Of a stretch of 64,000 bases of DNA, positions 1 through 10,880 are shown in pieces. Both the position numbers and the translations under genes were made by a program. The DNA is from an uncultured Acidobacteriota bacterium. Lineage in GTDB: Bacteria > Acidobacteriota > Terriglobia > Terriglobales > Acidobacteriaceae. A model generated the notes under the pieces. The model did no database searches. It was not told the DNA's origin and saw only the letters and a list, made by a program, of their open reading frames with translations. Position 1 is the stretch's first letter; every line of letters starts with the position of its first letter. The stretch lies in contig CAVQGF010000059.1 in assembly GCA_963711965.1 (NCBI GenBank), positions 1,646-65,645 of the forward strand, read 5' to 3'.

Positions 1-6
1 GAGGTT

Positions 7-34
7 GTCATCCCGAGCGAAGCGAGGGACCTGC
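7..34 (+). repeat. Short copy of dispersed element family A (GTCATCCCGAGCGA-AGC-GAGGGACCTGC)
   Basis: It shares both termini (GTCATCCCGAGCGA and GAGGGACCTGC) with the longer copies at 65-125, 48650-48703, 49008-49058, 51651-51700 and 60767-60813. It lacks the central variable segment. Confidence 0.6.
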
Positions 35-64
35 TTTTCCCTAGAGCGGAAATCTTCTACGGAG

Positions 65-125
65 GTCATCCCGAGCGAGGACGAGTCCGCCGCGCGGGCG
101 AGGCCGAGTCGAGGGATCTGCATTT
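65..125 (+). repeat. Long copy of dispersed element family A
   Basis: Sequence GTCATCCCGAGCGAGGACGAGTCCGCCGCGCGGGCGAGGCCGAGTCGAGGGATCTGCATTT. It is in tandem (direct) with the short copy 30 nt upstream. The termini are near-identical to the other copies. Confidence 0.7.
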
Positions 126-214
126 GGAGCTGGGAAAATCTGTGGGTGCGAACCGTGAACCCATCCGCCACTCTCCTTCATCTCATTTCCAACCGAACAA
201 CTGAGGAGGTGGTT

Positions 215-603
215 ATGAGGTTTGCGCTACGAGTATTCGCCACTGCGGGCGTGTGGGGACTCCTGGTGCTCTTGCCGCTTTACTTCCTTATTCGACGAGA
301 TCGGCCGCAGGAATCCGCCCGCCATCACCCATCCTGAATTCTTTTACGGATTCGTGGCCGTCGCTCTCGCCTGGCAAGTGGCTTTCTTGTGATCGCCTAC
401 AGACCCCGTCCGCTACCGCCTGCTGATGCTCCCGCAATGGTAGAAAAATTTGGCTATGTCGCCACGGTATTCGTCCTCTATGCGAAAAGGCCGCCTGCCC
501 CCTAGCTCGCTGGCCTTCGCTGTGAACCGATTTTCTGTTAGGAATCTTATTCGTAGCGGCGTTTTTCAGAGCGAAGCAGGGTTCCGCGGCAGTGGGTCGG
601 TAG
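215..603 (+). CDS. Small polytopic membrane protein of about 130 aa and unknown function; reading frame interrupted by several indels in this assembly
   Basis: Start is ATG 215. Hydrophobic segments VFATAGVWGLLVLLPLYFL, FYGFVAVALAWQVAFLVIA, MVEKFGYVATVFVLYA and DFLLGILFVAAFF are spread over three frames. Stop is TAG 601-603. The first ~70 codons of ORF 5-337 are only translated repeats. Confidence 0.4.
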
Positions 604-650
604 GCAAACGAGAAGAACTAGTGAAACTGGGAGAAGGACGACGCCCGCGG

Positions 651-1593
651 CTAAGCCCAGAAGGAACACGCATACGGTGTAGACGACCATCTTCGCGCGT
701 GAGTTTTCGGTTGCGCCACTTGAACGGGTGGCACAACGACCGGTGCGGCAGCGTTTCGGGGCGCTCGCGGGGGCCGCCTTCTCCGCCGCAAGCTTTTCCG
801 CAAGAAGCTGCTTACCGACCGCCGCCGGATCACAACAGTCCCAGATTCTTTGCCGTGCTCGGCCAGCCACTGTTCCACCAGTTCCTTGCGCGGAGTTCCC
901 GCCGGCGGTGGCGCCTGCTGATTCAGCCAGGCGTTGAGCTTCGCTGAGTTCGCCGTCGAGAGCGGCTCAAAGCGGAAACCCGCCTGAAAGTCGCCATTGA
1001 TGTAGACCATCGTCGCTGAGATTTCCATCGGAGTTGTTCCACCGGGCAGTTGGAACGCTGAGCCGCACAACGTCGCGATTGCCGAGTTCAGGTCTCTCCT
1101 GCAGGAACAGTCCGATCCCGCCTTCGCCAATGGAATAGCTCCTAACCTTCATCTGCAACTTCTTGGCTTCCGATTGCAGCAACACGTCGGCCTCAAGAGG
1201 GTGGCGGACATACTGCCGGTGTCGCTTCCGTATTACTTCAATGGCCTCGTGCAGGAACTGTTGCGCCTTCGCGGGCGCCAGCGGCTTCGGCAGAATGACA
1301 TTCGCGCCCGCTGCCATGATCGGTGAAGGGTCACCTTGCGGCGCGGCGACGAGCAGCACCGCCTCGCGGTTCGCTCCCTGCTGGCGCAGCGTCGTGACCA
1401 CGTGCTTCGCCGCGGGTAGCCCTTCGCAATCGAGCACCACGAGGTCGAACGGTTCCTGCGAGATCAGGTCAATGAAGCGCAGCACATCGTCCAAGTCAAC
1501 CAGGTCGATCCCGTTAGGCGAGAGCGCGTCGCGGATCACGGCGGTGAATTGCGTGTCGCGGGAGAGCACCGCCGCATTCAGAGTTTGGGCCAT
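651..1593 (-). CDS. Receiver-like domain fused to a PilZ (c-di-GMP binding) domain; one frameshift; 3' end uncertain
   Basis: The N-terminus is CheY-like (FDLVVLDCEG, VILPKPL). PilZ signatures follow: RKRHRQYVR, then SIGEGGIGLF. The PilZ barrel continues in ORF 651-1130 (FQLPGGTTPMEISATMVYINGDFQAGFRFEPL), so an indel lies near 1060-1100. Confidence 0.6.
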
Positions 1594-1747
1594 GACGTTG
1601 CCGGAAGTATGACCCCAAAATGGGACGACTTTGTTGACTTCTCAGGTGCCCCGTAGTTGCGTTTAATCCAATGTGAGTTCTTTGCGAGCCTCCGCTTAGG
1701 CGTGAGATTGAGTTATAAGTTAAAGACCCTTTCCACAAGCAGGAGCT

Positions 1748-2904
1748 TTGCGAATGCGTCTTCAAAGATTTCTGTTAGGCGTGTCGCTTTCATTTGCCAC
1801 TTCTACGGCGCTTGCGCAGCCCGGTGGTCCTCCCAAGACACTAGCGGAGGCGCTAAATGCCGAATTCAAGTGCCCCGAAGGATCCCATGACTCTAGCAAC
1901 GGCCCGATGCCCGGAACCATCGTTCGCTGGTGTGATGTACAGAAAGACGGTCGCCCGGTGTACCACGGCCCAGTGTGGCGCTGGTATTGCAAGCGGCAAA
2001 TTGGAAGGCAAAGAGTATTACCTCAACGGAGACGCCGCTGGCGTTTGGCCGTCGTACTACGAAAACGGCAATATGTCTTCACTCGGGGATTGGGAGAACG
2101 GGGCCAAACGAGGGCTGTGGAAGTATTGGAACAACGGCGGAAAGCTCCTAACAGAAGTGGCATATTCGGTGGACGGTAATTTTCAGACCGATTACTACGT
2201 TTCTGGGCAGAAGAAGGCAACCGGAACATTTACCCCAACGGGCAAAACCGGTAAATGGATTTACTGGTCGCGGGACGGTAAAGAAATAGCCCGGTGCGAC
2301 TTCGGACGCGGCCAGTTTAGCCTCTCAACTCCAGGTTGCCGAACCATCGCAACGGAACTCGAGCCAAAAGGGTTCAGCCCACCAATTCCCGCAGGCAGCA
2401 AGAACCCTGATGGCACTCTGCAACTTTCGGTAGGCACGAAGCTGTTCAAGTTCAGCGCTCCCCAGGGTTGGATTGCCGATATGAAAGCGGGGCATGAAGA
2501 AGATTTGCCAATTGTTTTCTACCCCGAAAACAAAGAATGGAAGGCTGCCGGGGCAAATATGTACATCCGAGCATTCTTCAAAAAGGGTCGCTCGTTCACT
2601 AGGACAATCGAGGAAGATCAGCAGGCATTTGAGGAAAATGTTGCGGAAGTTCACAAGCAACCGGATGCGAGTGGCCAGCTTTCTGGGGGCTTTAACTATG
2701 TCTCGAAGTCGATTCACATACAAACCGATGATCGAAACAGATTCGCCTTTCTCGATCGAGGCGTCAAACCAGATATACGAGCAGAGTGCGTATATCGATG
2801 CATCGGAAAGGACCGTTCTACTACTCGTCTTAACTGCAGACAGCGAGCAACAATTGCAACAATCCATGACCGCCTTTCAAACGCTATTGAAGTCGGTTCA
2901 TTGA
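1748..2904 (+). CDS. Secreted MORN/YwqK-type repeat protein; two frameshifts
   Basis: Signal peptide is MRLQRFLLGVSLSFATSTALA. Repeated G-x-W-x-Y-Y/W-x-N-G units are present (GVWPSYYENGNMSSLGDWENGAKRGLWKYWNNGGKL, TGKWIYWSRDGKE). The frame changes near 1985 and 2720. The C-terminus is in ORF 2494-2904 (ends LLKSVH). Confidence 0.6.
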
Positions 2905-2937
2905 TCCGGTATGCGTTCATAAAAAACCCCCCACGTT

Positions 2938-2966
2938 TTGACACCCTCACCCCACGTTGCTAGACT
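2938..2966 (+). promoter_or_regulatory. Sigma-70-like promoter upstream of rpsA (TTGACA-N17-TAGACT)
   Basis: TTGACA at 2938-2943, an exactly 17-nt spacer, then TAGACT at 2961-2966. It sits after the MORN gene stop (2904) and 150-350 nt upstream of the possible rpsA starts. Confidence 0.5.
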
Positions 2967-3118
2967 CGAAAGAGTCACGGGAGCAGCAAGGCGACCTGTG
3001 ATCCGACCGCTGGAATCCTCGTAATTCACTCCGCAAGAAGCGAAGCAACGTGCCAGCAGTCCTCCTCTTTTCCTCCTTTCACGGGAAGCGAAAAGACTAT
3101 TGAGACCGAGAGTTTTCA

Positions 3119-4995
<1,877 letters not shown>

Positions 4996-4996
<1 letters not shown>

Positions 4997-5020
4997 TTAG
5001 TTCCGGTTCTCAGTTCCCAG
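4996..5020. repeat. Degenerate heptamer micro-array (family B, GTTCC-type)
   Basis: GTTAGTTCCGGTTCTCAGTTCCCAG. It is related to the GGTTCCC/GGAAACT arrays inside tgt (38864-38959) and mnmG (59541-59633, 60914-60946). Confidence 0.4.
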
Positions 5021-5028
5021 CAAAAACG

Positions 5029-5061
5029 AATGCCGCCGAAAGGGCGGCATTTTTTTGTTTT
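5029..5061. terminator. Bidirectional rho-independent terminator between rpsA (+) and the 5151-6156 operon (-)
   Basis: Hairpin AATGCCGCC-GAAAG-GGCGGCATT followed by TTTTTTGTTTT on the + strand. The A-run CAAAAACG on the 5' side supplies a U-tract for the - strand. Confidence 0.75.
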
Positions 5062-5150
5062 GAGCGCGAAGAGTTCGCCTCGTACATTCTTCGGGCGCGA
5101 AAAATCCGCGCGCACGGTTGACGTGCGGCGCCGACGGATGCATCGCAAAC

Positions 5151-5533
5151 CTAGCTATCGATGTGCAGATTGATCGTCACATCCTTGCGCGAATCGAACG
5201 AGCTCAACGTCGGTGTCGCTCTCTTCCCTTTCGAATCGGCGAAGATCTCGTAATCACCTTTGGGCAGCAGCGCGTTGAACTGGTATTTTCCCTGGTCGTC
5301 GGCGATGTAGGTTTTCAGCGTCATCGTCTTCACGTTCTTGATGTAGACGATGGCGTCCTTCAGCGGAGCGTCGCCGCCGGTGACGCGTCCGTTGACGGTG
5401 CGGAACAGGGGGCCCTTTTGCTTCTCCGGCGGGGGCGGACCGGTGCTCCGCTCTTCGGCCCGGGCGTGTACTGCGCCGCGGCCAGGGTGGCCAGCAGCAG
5501 GATTCCCATCGCGATGGCGATAAAGCGCTTCAT
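5151..5533 (-). CDS. Small secreted CarboxypepD_reg-like (transthyretin-like beta-sandwich) protein; one frameshift after the signal peptide
   Basis: ATG 5533 encodes the signal peptide MKRFIAIAMGILLLATLAAAQ in one frame. The mature part is in ORF 5151-5543 (RTVNGRVTGGDAPLKDAIVYIKNVKTMTLKTYIADDQGKYQFNALLPKGDYEIF), the typical CarboxypepD_reg pattern. Confidence 0.6.
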
Positions 5534-5645
5534 GACCCCTCAATCATATCCGGTATTCAGGTTAGATGCAGGAAAGCTGCTGCTGGCGGATGTTACTGCG
5601 TATGCAGGGAGATATCCTGGCGCTCGTCGTTCTCGATGTGGACTT

Positions 5646-5948
5646 TTACTTCCGGGCAGGGTGTTTTTCGTCGGTGGTGACGATGTAATCGGCGGTGCCG
5701 GCGGGCAGGCGCTGCGCGAATTCGCCGGAGTGGTCGCTCATGAGCTCCCATTTAGCTTTTTTCTGGTCGGCGCGGCGAATCTTCACCTTGACCCCATAGA
5801 CAGGCCGATCGTCGCGTCCGTAGACAGTGCCGAAGATCAGGGCACAAGATTTTTTGGCATCAGAGCCGGAAGGCAGAGCGTACGCGGAGAGCAGGCAGAG
5901 GAGGAAGGCGAGCAGGACGGCGGAGGAGCTATTCTTCCTCGTCGTCAT
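5646..5948 (-). CDS. Small secreted CarboxypepD_reg-like protein
   Basis: ATG 5948 gives MTTRKNSSSAVLLAFLLCLLSAYA (signal peptide), then IFGTVYGRDDRPVYGVKVKIRRAD...SDHSGEFAQRLPAGTADYIVT. The start overlaps the upstream gene's stop by 20 nt. Confidence 0.6.
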   Translation of the reverse strand: MTTRKNSSSAVLLAFLLCLLSAYALPSGSDAKKSCALIFGTVYGRDDRPVYGVKVKIRRADQKKAKWELMSDHSGEFAQRLPAGTADYIVTTDEKHPARK

Positions 5949-6156
5949 CATCGTCCTCATCATCATCATCGTCGTCGTCGCTGACCTTGCTGAGCTCGAG
6001 CGGCGAGGTGCTGACGACCTCGAACTCCGCTCCGCACTCGGTGCAGGAGACGGTCTCGCCCTCATCGACTTCGTCTTCTTCGAAGTCCATGTCGGTTTCG
6101 CAATCGGGACAAAGTACCATCGATTTCGCCTCTTTCTCGGTATCGGGTCGTTTCAT
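5929..6156 (-). CDS. LysW-like zinc-ribbon protein with a poly-Asp/Glu C-terminal tail
   Basis: The core CPDCETDMDFEEDEVDEGETVSCTECGAEFEVVSTSPLELSKV matches, by eye, the LysW amino-group carrier pattern CPxCgaeL...GE.V.C..CGAE.EVV...PL.L. The tail is SDDDDDDDEDDDDDEEE-stop. Alternative start is ATG 6120. Confidence 0.6.
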   Translation of the reverse strand: MKRPDTEKEAKSMVLCPDCETDMDFEEDEVDEGETVSCTECGAEFEVVSTSPLELSKVSDDDDDDDEDDDDDEEE

Positions 6157-6216
6157 GGTGTCGTTTATATTTAGAATCTCTTGGTGCTGCCGTCAAGTGT
6201 TTCGCGGAGAATTTAT

Positions 6217-7714
6217 ATGATGGTTCGAAAGTTGGCCGTCTGTGGGCTTCTGATGTCCGCCACGTTTACGATGGTTGCTTTTGGGCAGTCCCGGTCATCT
6301 TCCGTCAAGGCGCGCAATCCACGCAAGGTGGATACCTACCGCGTGACCGGCTCGGCCGCCTATGGCGATTCGCTCAAGCCGGACGCGGTGATCGCAAAGG
6401 CGCTCCGCAATGTCTCTGCCGAGCACATCCGCGGATACGACCTGAAGCTGGTGAGCTTCGGGACCAGGCACACCATGTCAGCCGCGGACGAGGGCTCCAT
6501 CAAAGCCGGACACGGCATTGGAGCGGCGCGCGAGTGGATCCGCTCCGAATTCGAGCGCATCTCCAAAGATTGTGGCGATTGCCTGGAAGTGCAGACCGAT
6601 GAGTTCACGCAGCCGGTATCGGACCGCATCTCCAGTCCCACGCAGATCGTGAATGTCTACGCCATACAGCGCGGCACCGATCCTGAGCAGGCGAAACGCA
6701 TCTTCCTGGTGACCGGCCACTACGACTCGCGCAACAGCGACGGCATGGACACGACCAAGCTCGCTCCCGGCGCCAACGACGACGCCAGCGGGACGTGCCG
6801 TATCGCTCGAATCTGCGCGCGTGCTCAGCAAGCTGAAGTTTCCGGCAACCATCATTTACGTGACGGTTGCAGGCGAAGAGCAGGGGCTTTACGGCAGCGA
6901 GCATTTCGCCAAGATGGCGCGCAGAAAAAGGCTGGCAGATCGAGGGTGCGCTCAACAACGACATCGTCGGCGGCAACACGCACCCCCGGCGACAAGGAGC
7001 AGGACGCGACCATCGTGCGCGTCTTCTCGGAGGGTATTCCGTCAACCGCCACAGAGAAAGAGAGCCACCGGCTCATCTCGTTTGGTTACGACCAGGATGG
7101 CGTTTCCCGCCAACTTGCTCGCTACGCGCGCATCGTCGCGAGGGCTTATCTGCCGCAGGCCGGCGCGGGACGGTTTACGCCGAAGCTGGTCTTCCGTTAC
7201 GACCGATTTCTTCGCGGCGGTGACCACATCTCATTCAACAAGGCCGGGTTCCCTGCCATCCGCTTCACGGAGTACCGCGAGGATTTCAATCATCAGCACC
7301 AGACGTTGCGCACCGAAAACGGCGTCAGAGTACGGCGACCTTCCCAAGTTTGTGGATTTCGAATACGTGGCCAACGTTGCGCGGCTGAACGCGGCCACGC
7401 TGGCCTCGCTCGCCTCCGCGCCGGCAGCTCCGTCTAACGTTCGTATGTCGGTGAAGGAGTTGGAGAACGTGACCCAGCTCGCTTGGGACGCAGTTCCCGG
7501 GGCGTCTGGATATGAAGTTTTGTGGCGTCCGACGACCTCGCCAGAGTGGGAGAATGTTGAGAGCTTCGGCGAGGTGACGCGCGCTACGTTGCCGCATTCT
7601 AAGGACAACGTGATCTTCGGCGTACGCTCTGTCGACCGCCGCGGCCACAAATCGCTCATTGTTGTACCGCAACCGGTGCAGTCGCTCGATAGCGCGGCAT
7701 CGTCGTCTAAATGA
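6217..7714 (+). CDS. Secreted M28-family aminopeptidase with a C-terminal fibronectin-III-like domain; at least four frameshifts
   Basis: Signal peptide is MMVRKLAVCGLLMSATFTMVAFG. M28 metal-ligand blocks are present (VTGHYDSRN, GANDDASGT, VTVAGEEQGLYGSEHFA, GGDHISFNKAGFPAIRF). The FN3-like tail reads TQLAWDAVPGASGYEVLWRPTTSPEW. Fragments lie in ORFs 6181-7437, 6821-7714 and 6867-7223. Confidence 0.8.
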
Positions 7715-7742
7715 TTGCATCCAATTAGCCAGCAGAAAGACC

Positions 7743-8666
7743 ATGCCAAGGAACCGTTACAGCAGCACCGACAACATGGGAATCAGCCTTCCGCCGTTCC
7801 GCGGCGCGGTGAAATGGCTGATGCTGATCAATCTGGGCATCTTTATCGCGTGGGAACTGCTCGGGCTCACATCCCCCGGCTTGGGTTCAACCGCCTCGGC
7901 TATTTTAGGTCTGGTCCCCGCGGCCGTGGTCCACGGCTGGGTCTGGCAGCCGTTCACCTACGGGTTCATTCATCTCGGGGTGATGCATCTGGCCTCAAAC
8001 CTGATCGGCATATGGTTCGTCGGCTCGCTGGTGGAAGGAATGTTCGGCACTCGCCGCTTCGTCCGCTATTACGCACTTTGTCTGCTGGGCGCAGCCGCGG
8101 GATGCATTCTGCTCGCCTACTCCGGCGCTGCACCCGGGAGCCAGTTGCAGCTCATCGCCGGCGCCAGCGGCGCCAATTATGGCTTGCTGATCGCTGTCGG
8201 CATGTTGATGGGCGACACCGAATTCATGATGTTCCCGCTGCCTATCCAGATCAAAGCCAAGTATCTGGTCGGCATCGTCATCGCTATCGCTGTGCTGGTT
8301 TCGTTGAGCGGCCCGGGAGCCATTATCAACGCTGGCCTACTCGGCGGTCTCTTCGCCGGATTCATTTACATCAAATTCTGGGGACGCGGTGCCGCATCCC
8401 GCTCCTTCGCCAGCTCCGGGGTCGGTCGTGGCCTCTCAGACCGCGGCTTCGGAATCGCTCCCGCCCCACGCGAGCCGTTCATGGTGCGCATGAAGAACGG
8501 CTACCACCGCTGGAAGCGGCGGCGGCTCGCGAAGAAATTCGAGGTCTATATGCGCAAGCACGACCGCTCCGTCTACTTCGACGAGCACGGAAACTATCGC
8601 GGCCACGAGGTTCCCGACGAAGAGAAGAAGCCCGAGGGGGACGGCAAGGGCGGCTGGGTCAACTAG
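7743..8666 (+). CDS. Rhomboid-family intramembrane protease homologue with a basic cytoplasmic tail
   Basis: The TM2 motif FIHLGVMHLASNL (H-x4-H-x3-N) and the catalytic-Ser motif GASGANYG are present. The region where the TM6 His is expected reads IINAGLLGGLFAG (see findings). Confidence 0.8.
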   Translation: MPRNRYSSTDNMGISLPPFRGAVKWLMLINLGIFIAWELLGLTSPGLGSTASAILGLVPAAVVHGWVWQPFTYGFIHLGVMHLASNLIGIWFVGSLVEGMFGTRRFVRYYALCLLGAAAGCILLAYSGAAPGSQLQLIAGASGANYGLLIAVGMLMGDTEFMMFPLPIQIKAKYLVGIVIAIAVLVSLSGPGAIINAGLLGGLFAGFIYIKFWGRGAASRSFASSGVGRGLSDRGFGIAPAPREPFMVRMKNGYHRWKRRRLAKKFEVYMRKHDRSVYFDEHGNYRGHEVPDEEKKPEGDGKGGWVN

Positions 8667-9182
8667 CAGCAACGACTCGATAGAAGGACAGCGTGCCCCA
8701 CGCACTGTTCCGGCCTGGATTCAAGCCGTCGTAAAGTACCGGCACCAACATTCCCGGCGCATAGTTTCGGCCGTCCCAGTTCTGCGCGTACCAAATACCT
8801 GTGTACCCCAATCCATCGGCCGCAAGAAAAACGTAGTGAATCGCATAGCCCCCTCCGCTTTTCCCTCGGCGCGGACGTTTCACCACTCGGGTAACCTTTG
8901 CGGCGATTGCGCGTGGAGTTTTCACGAGAGCTTGGTCGCTCTGAAAGATACGAGTGCGGCCGCGATACTCGTAGCGGATGCAAAAGCAATAAATATCCAC
9001 TGGCGTAACTCTCTATAGCTTGCGCCAAGAGCCACGAATGCGAGTGGGGCGAAAAAAGCAACGAACACCATCGTCCGAGAGAGTTCGAAGCGTGCCTTTT
9101 CTAACTCTTCAACTCTTTTCAACGCTGCTGCATTGATTGCTTCTCCAGATTGTTTTGGGAAAACTTTTTCAAGGAGTGCCAC
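8659..9182 (-). CDS. Membrane protein, possibly DUF3592-like; one frameshift
   Basis: The N-terminal part with two TM helices is in ORF 8922-9182 (TMVFVAFFAPLAFVALGA, WIFIAFASATSIAAALV). The soluble part is in ORF 8659-9000 (AKVTRVVKRPRRGKSGGGYAIHYVFLAADGLGYTGIWY...LVPVLYDGLNP). Confidence 0.45.
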
Positions 9183-9268
9183 TTCGCACCAGCACCTCCA
9201 CGCGCAATCGCGAAAGATGCAGAGTGTACAGGCTATCGGCCGAAGCGCAACAATTATTTTGCAGCGGA

Positions 9269-9292
9269 GCGCACGGGGACGTGCGCGGCTAC
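9269..9292 (-). repeat. REP-like element (hairpin plus GTAG tetranucleotide on the - strand)
   Basis: GCGCACG-GGGA-CGTGCGC followed by GG-CTAC. It lies immediately downstream of the pyk stop (9294). It is near-identical to the hairpins at 14547-14572 and 51607-51632. Confidence 0.55.
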
Positions 9293-9293
9293 A

Positions 9294-10880
9294 TTAGCGT
9301 TTGCGGCGCTCGGGCAATGGCTTGTGGCGCGGACTCTTGCGGCGCTCTTTGCGCTTGGCGAGTTGGGCGTGGGTTATGCCGGCGCCATCGTCGGCACCGA
9401 CGACGTGCAAACGCAGGAAGTTAGTAGAGCCGGTCGCCTTTTGCGTTCCGGCGACGATGCCGACCACGTCGCCGTAGTCCGCGGCGTTCATCTTGAGCAA
9501 AAGTTTTTCGGCATCGTGAACCATGTCATCACCGCTGCGCGATTCCTTGCAGGAGATGGGGTGGACGCCCCAATAAAGATTGGCGCGATTGCAAACCGCT
9601 TCGCGGTGCGAAAACGCAAAGATGCGGCACTGCGGACGGTATTTCGAGATCAGCCGCGCCGTCGTTCCTGTTTCTGTAAAGACGGCAATGGCACGCATTT
9701 CGAGGTCCTGGGCGGCGTGCGCCACTGATTCGCAGATGGTTTCGGAGATAGAAAGCGCGCGATGGTCGCGGCGGCGATGTGCGACCGAAGTATCGCGCAT
9801 GTGGCGCTCGGTCTCGGTGACGATGCGACCCATGATGGCGACGGCCTCACGCGGATATTTTCCGCTGGCGGTTTCGGCGGAGAGCATGACGGCGTCCGTT
9901 CCATCGAAGATGGCATTGGCCACGTCGCTGGCCTCGGCGCGTGTGGGGCGCGGATTCTCGATCATCGACTCCAGCATCTGCGTGGCGGTGATGACCGGCT
10001 TGCGCCACTCTGCTGCGCGCCGGATGATGTGCTTCTGGATGATGGGCACCTGCTCGGGCGGCATCTCAACGCCAAGATCGCCGCGCGCCACCATGACTCC
10101 GTCAGAGACTTCGAAGATCTCTTCCAGGTGCTCGATGGCCTGCGGCTTTTCGAGTTTCGCGATCAGCGGAACGTCGGACTTGTGTTCGGCGATAAAGCGC
10201 TTGATAGCGCGGACGTCTTCGGCGGTGCGAATGAACGAAGCCGCCACCATGTCGACACCGTGCTTGATCCCGAAGACGAGGTCTTCTTCGTCCTTTGGTG
10301 TCATGGAAGGAACACTGACACGATGCCGGGAAGGTTGATGCCTTTGTGCTCGCCGAGCATGCCGCCGTTGAGGACTTCACATTCCACCTCGTTGCCGTGA
10401 ATGGCATGCACGCGCAGTTCGATCAATCCATCGGAGAGCAGGAGCGCGATCGCCGATCTTCACTTCCTGGGCCAGGGTTTGGAAGGTTGTAGAAATCGTC
10501 GTCGCGGTGCCGGGGATATCGCGGGGCGTAATCGTCACGCGCGAGCCTGCCTTGACCGGGACCGGAGTGCGATATTTCAGGCGTCCGGTGCGGATCTTCG
10601 GGCCCTGCAGATCTTGCAGGACGCAGATGGTACGGTCTTCCTTCTCGGCGGCACGGCGCAGCATCTCGATACGTTTCTGGTGCTCGGGATAAGTGCCGTG
10701 GGAAAAATTGAGGCGGGCAACGTCCATGCCGGCGCGCATCAGGTCGCGCATGATGGATTCGTTGTTAGTGGCCGGCCCCATGGTGCAGACGATCTTGGCG
10801 CGGCGGTGCTGGGTGATGTGTTCGTGGTCAGGATTCAGCTCGGGCGCTACTTCCGGACCTTGCATAACTATCTTGTTCAC
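9294..10880 (-). CDS. pyk: Pyruvate kinase; two frameshifts near 10310-10440
   Basis: N-terminus reads [37 protein letters not shown]. The core reads [44 protein letters not shown] and [17 protein letters not shown]. There is a basic C-terminal extension. Confidence 0.92.

Noticed and set aside
5-214. The N-terminal 70 codons of ORF 5-337 (SSRAKRGTCFSLERK…VIPSEDES…).
   Set aside because: This is the translation of two family A repeat copies. The plausible gene starts at ATG 215.
547-870. A - strand ORF with a hydrophobic C-terminus (MVVYTVCVFLLGLAAGVVLLPVSLVLLV).
   Set aside because: It overlaps, in antisense, the 3' part of the + strand membrane-protein gene (215-603) and the uncertain 3' end of the PilZ gene. 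It could be the mirror image of a TM-coding segment, and there is no independent support for it.
4997-5121. The C-terminal 40 codons of the rpsA ORF as assembled.
   Set aside because: They read through a heptamer repeat and a strong terminator hairpin (…TNAAERAAFFCFE…). Two out-of-frame TAGs at 4994-5000 suggest that the real stop is there and was missed because of an upstream indel.
5118-5984. A 288-aa + strand ORF overlapping the two CarboxypepD_reg-like genes.
   Set aside because: It is antisense to two ORFs with signal peptides and a recognisable domain pattern. Its own product is Arg/Gly/Ala/His-rich junk (…RRHHRPHHHHRRRR), typical of high-GC antisense frames.
7715-8683. A 322-aa + strand ORF in an alternative frame of the rhomboid gene.
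   Set aside because: It is extremely Arg-rich (RRSLRRIHLHQILGTRCRIPLLRQLRGRS…). The overlapping frame carries the rhomboid motifs.
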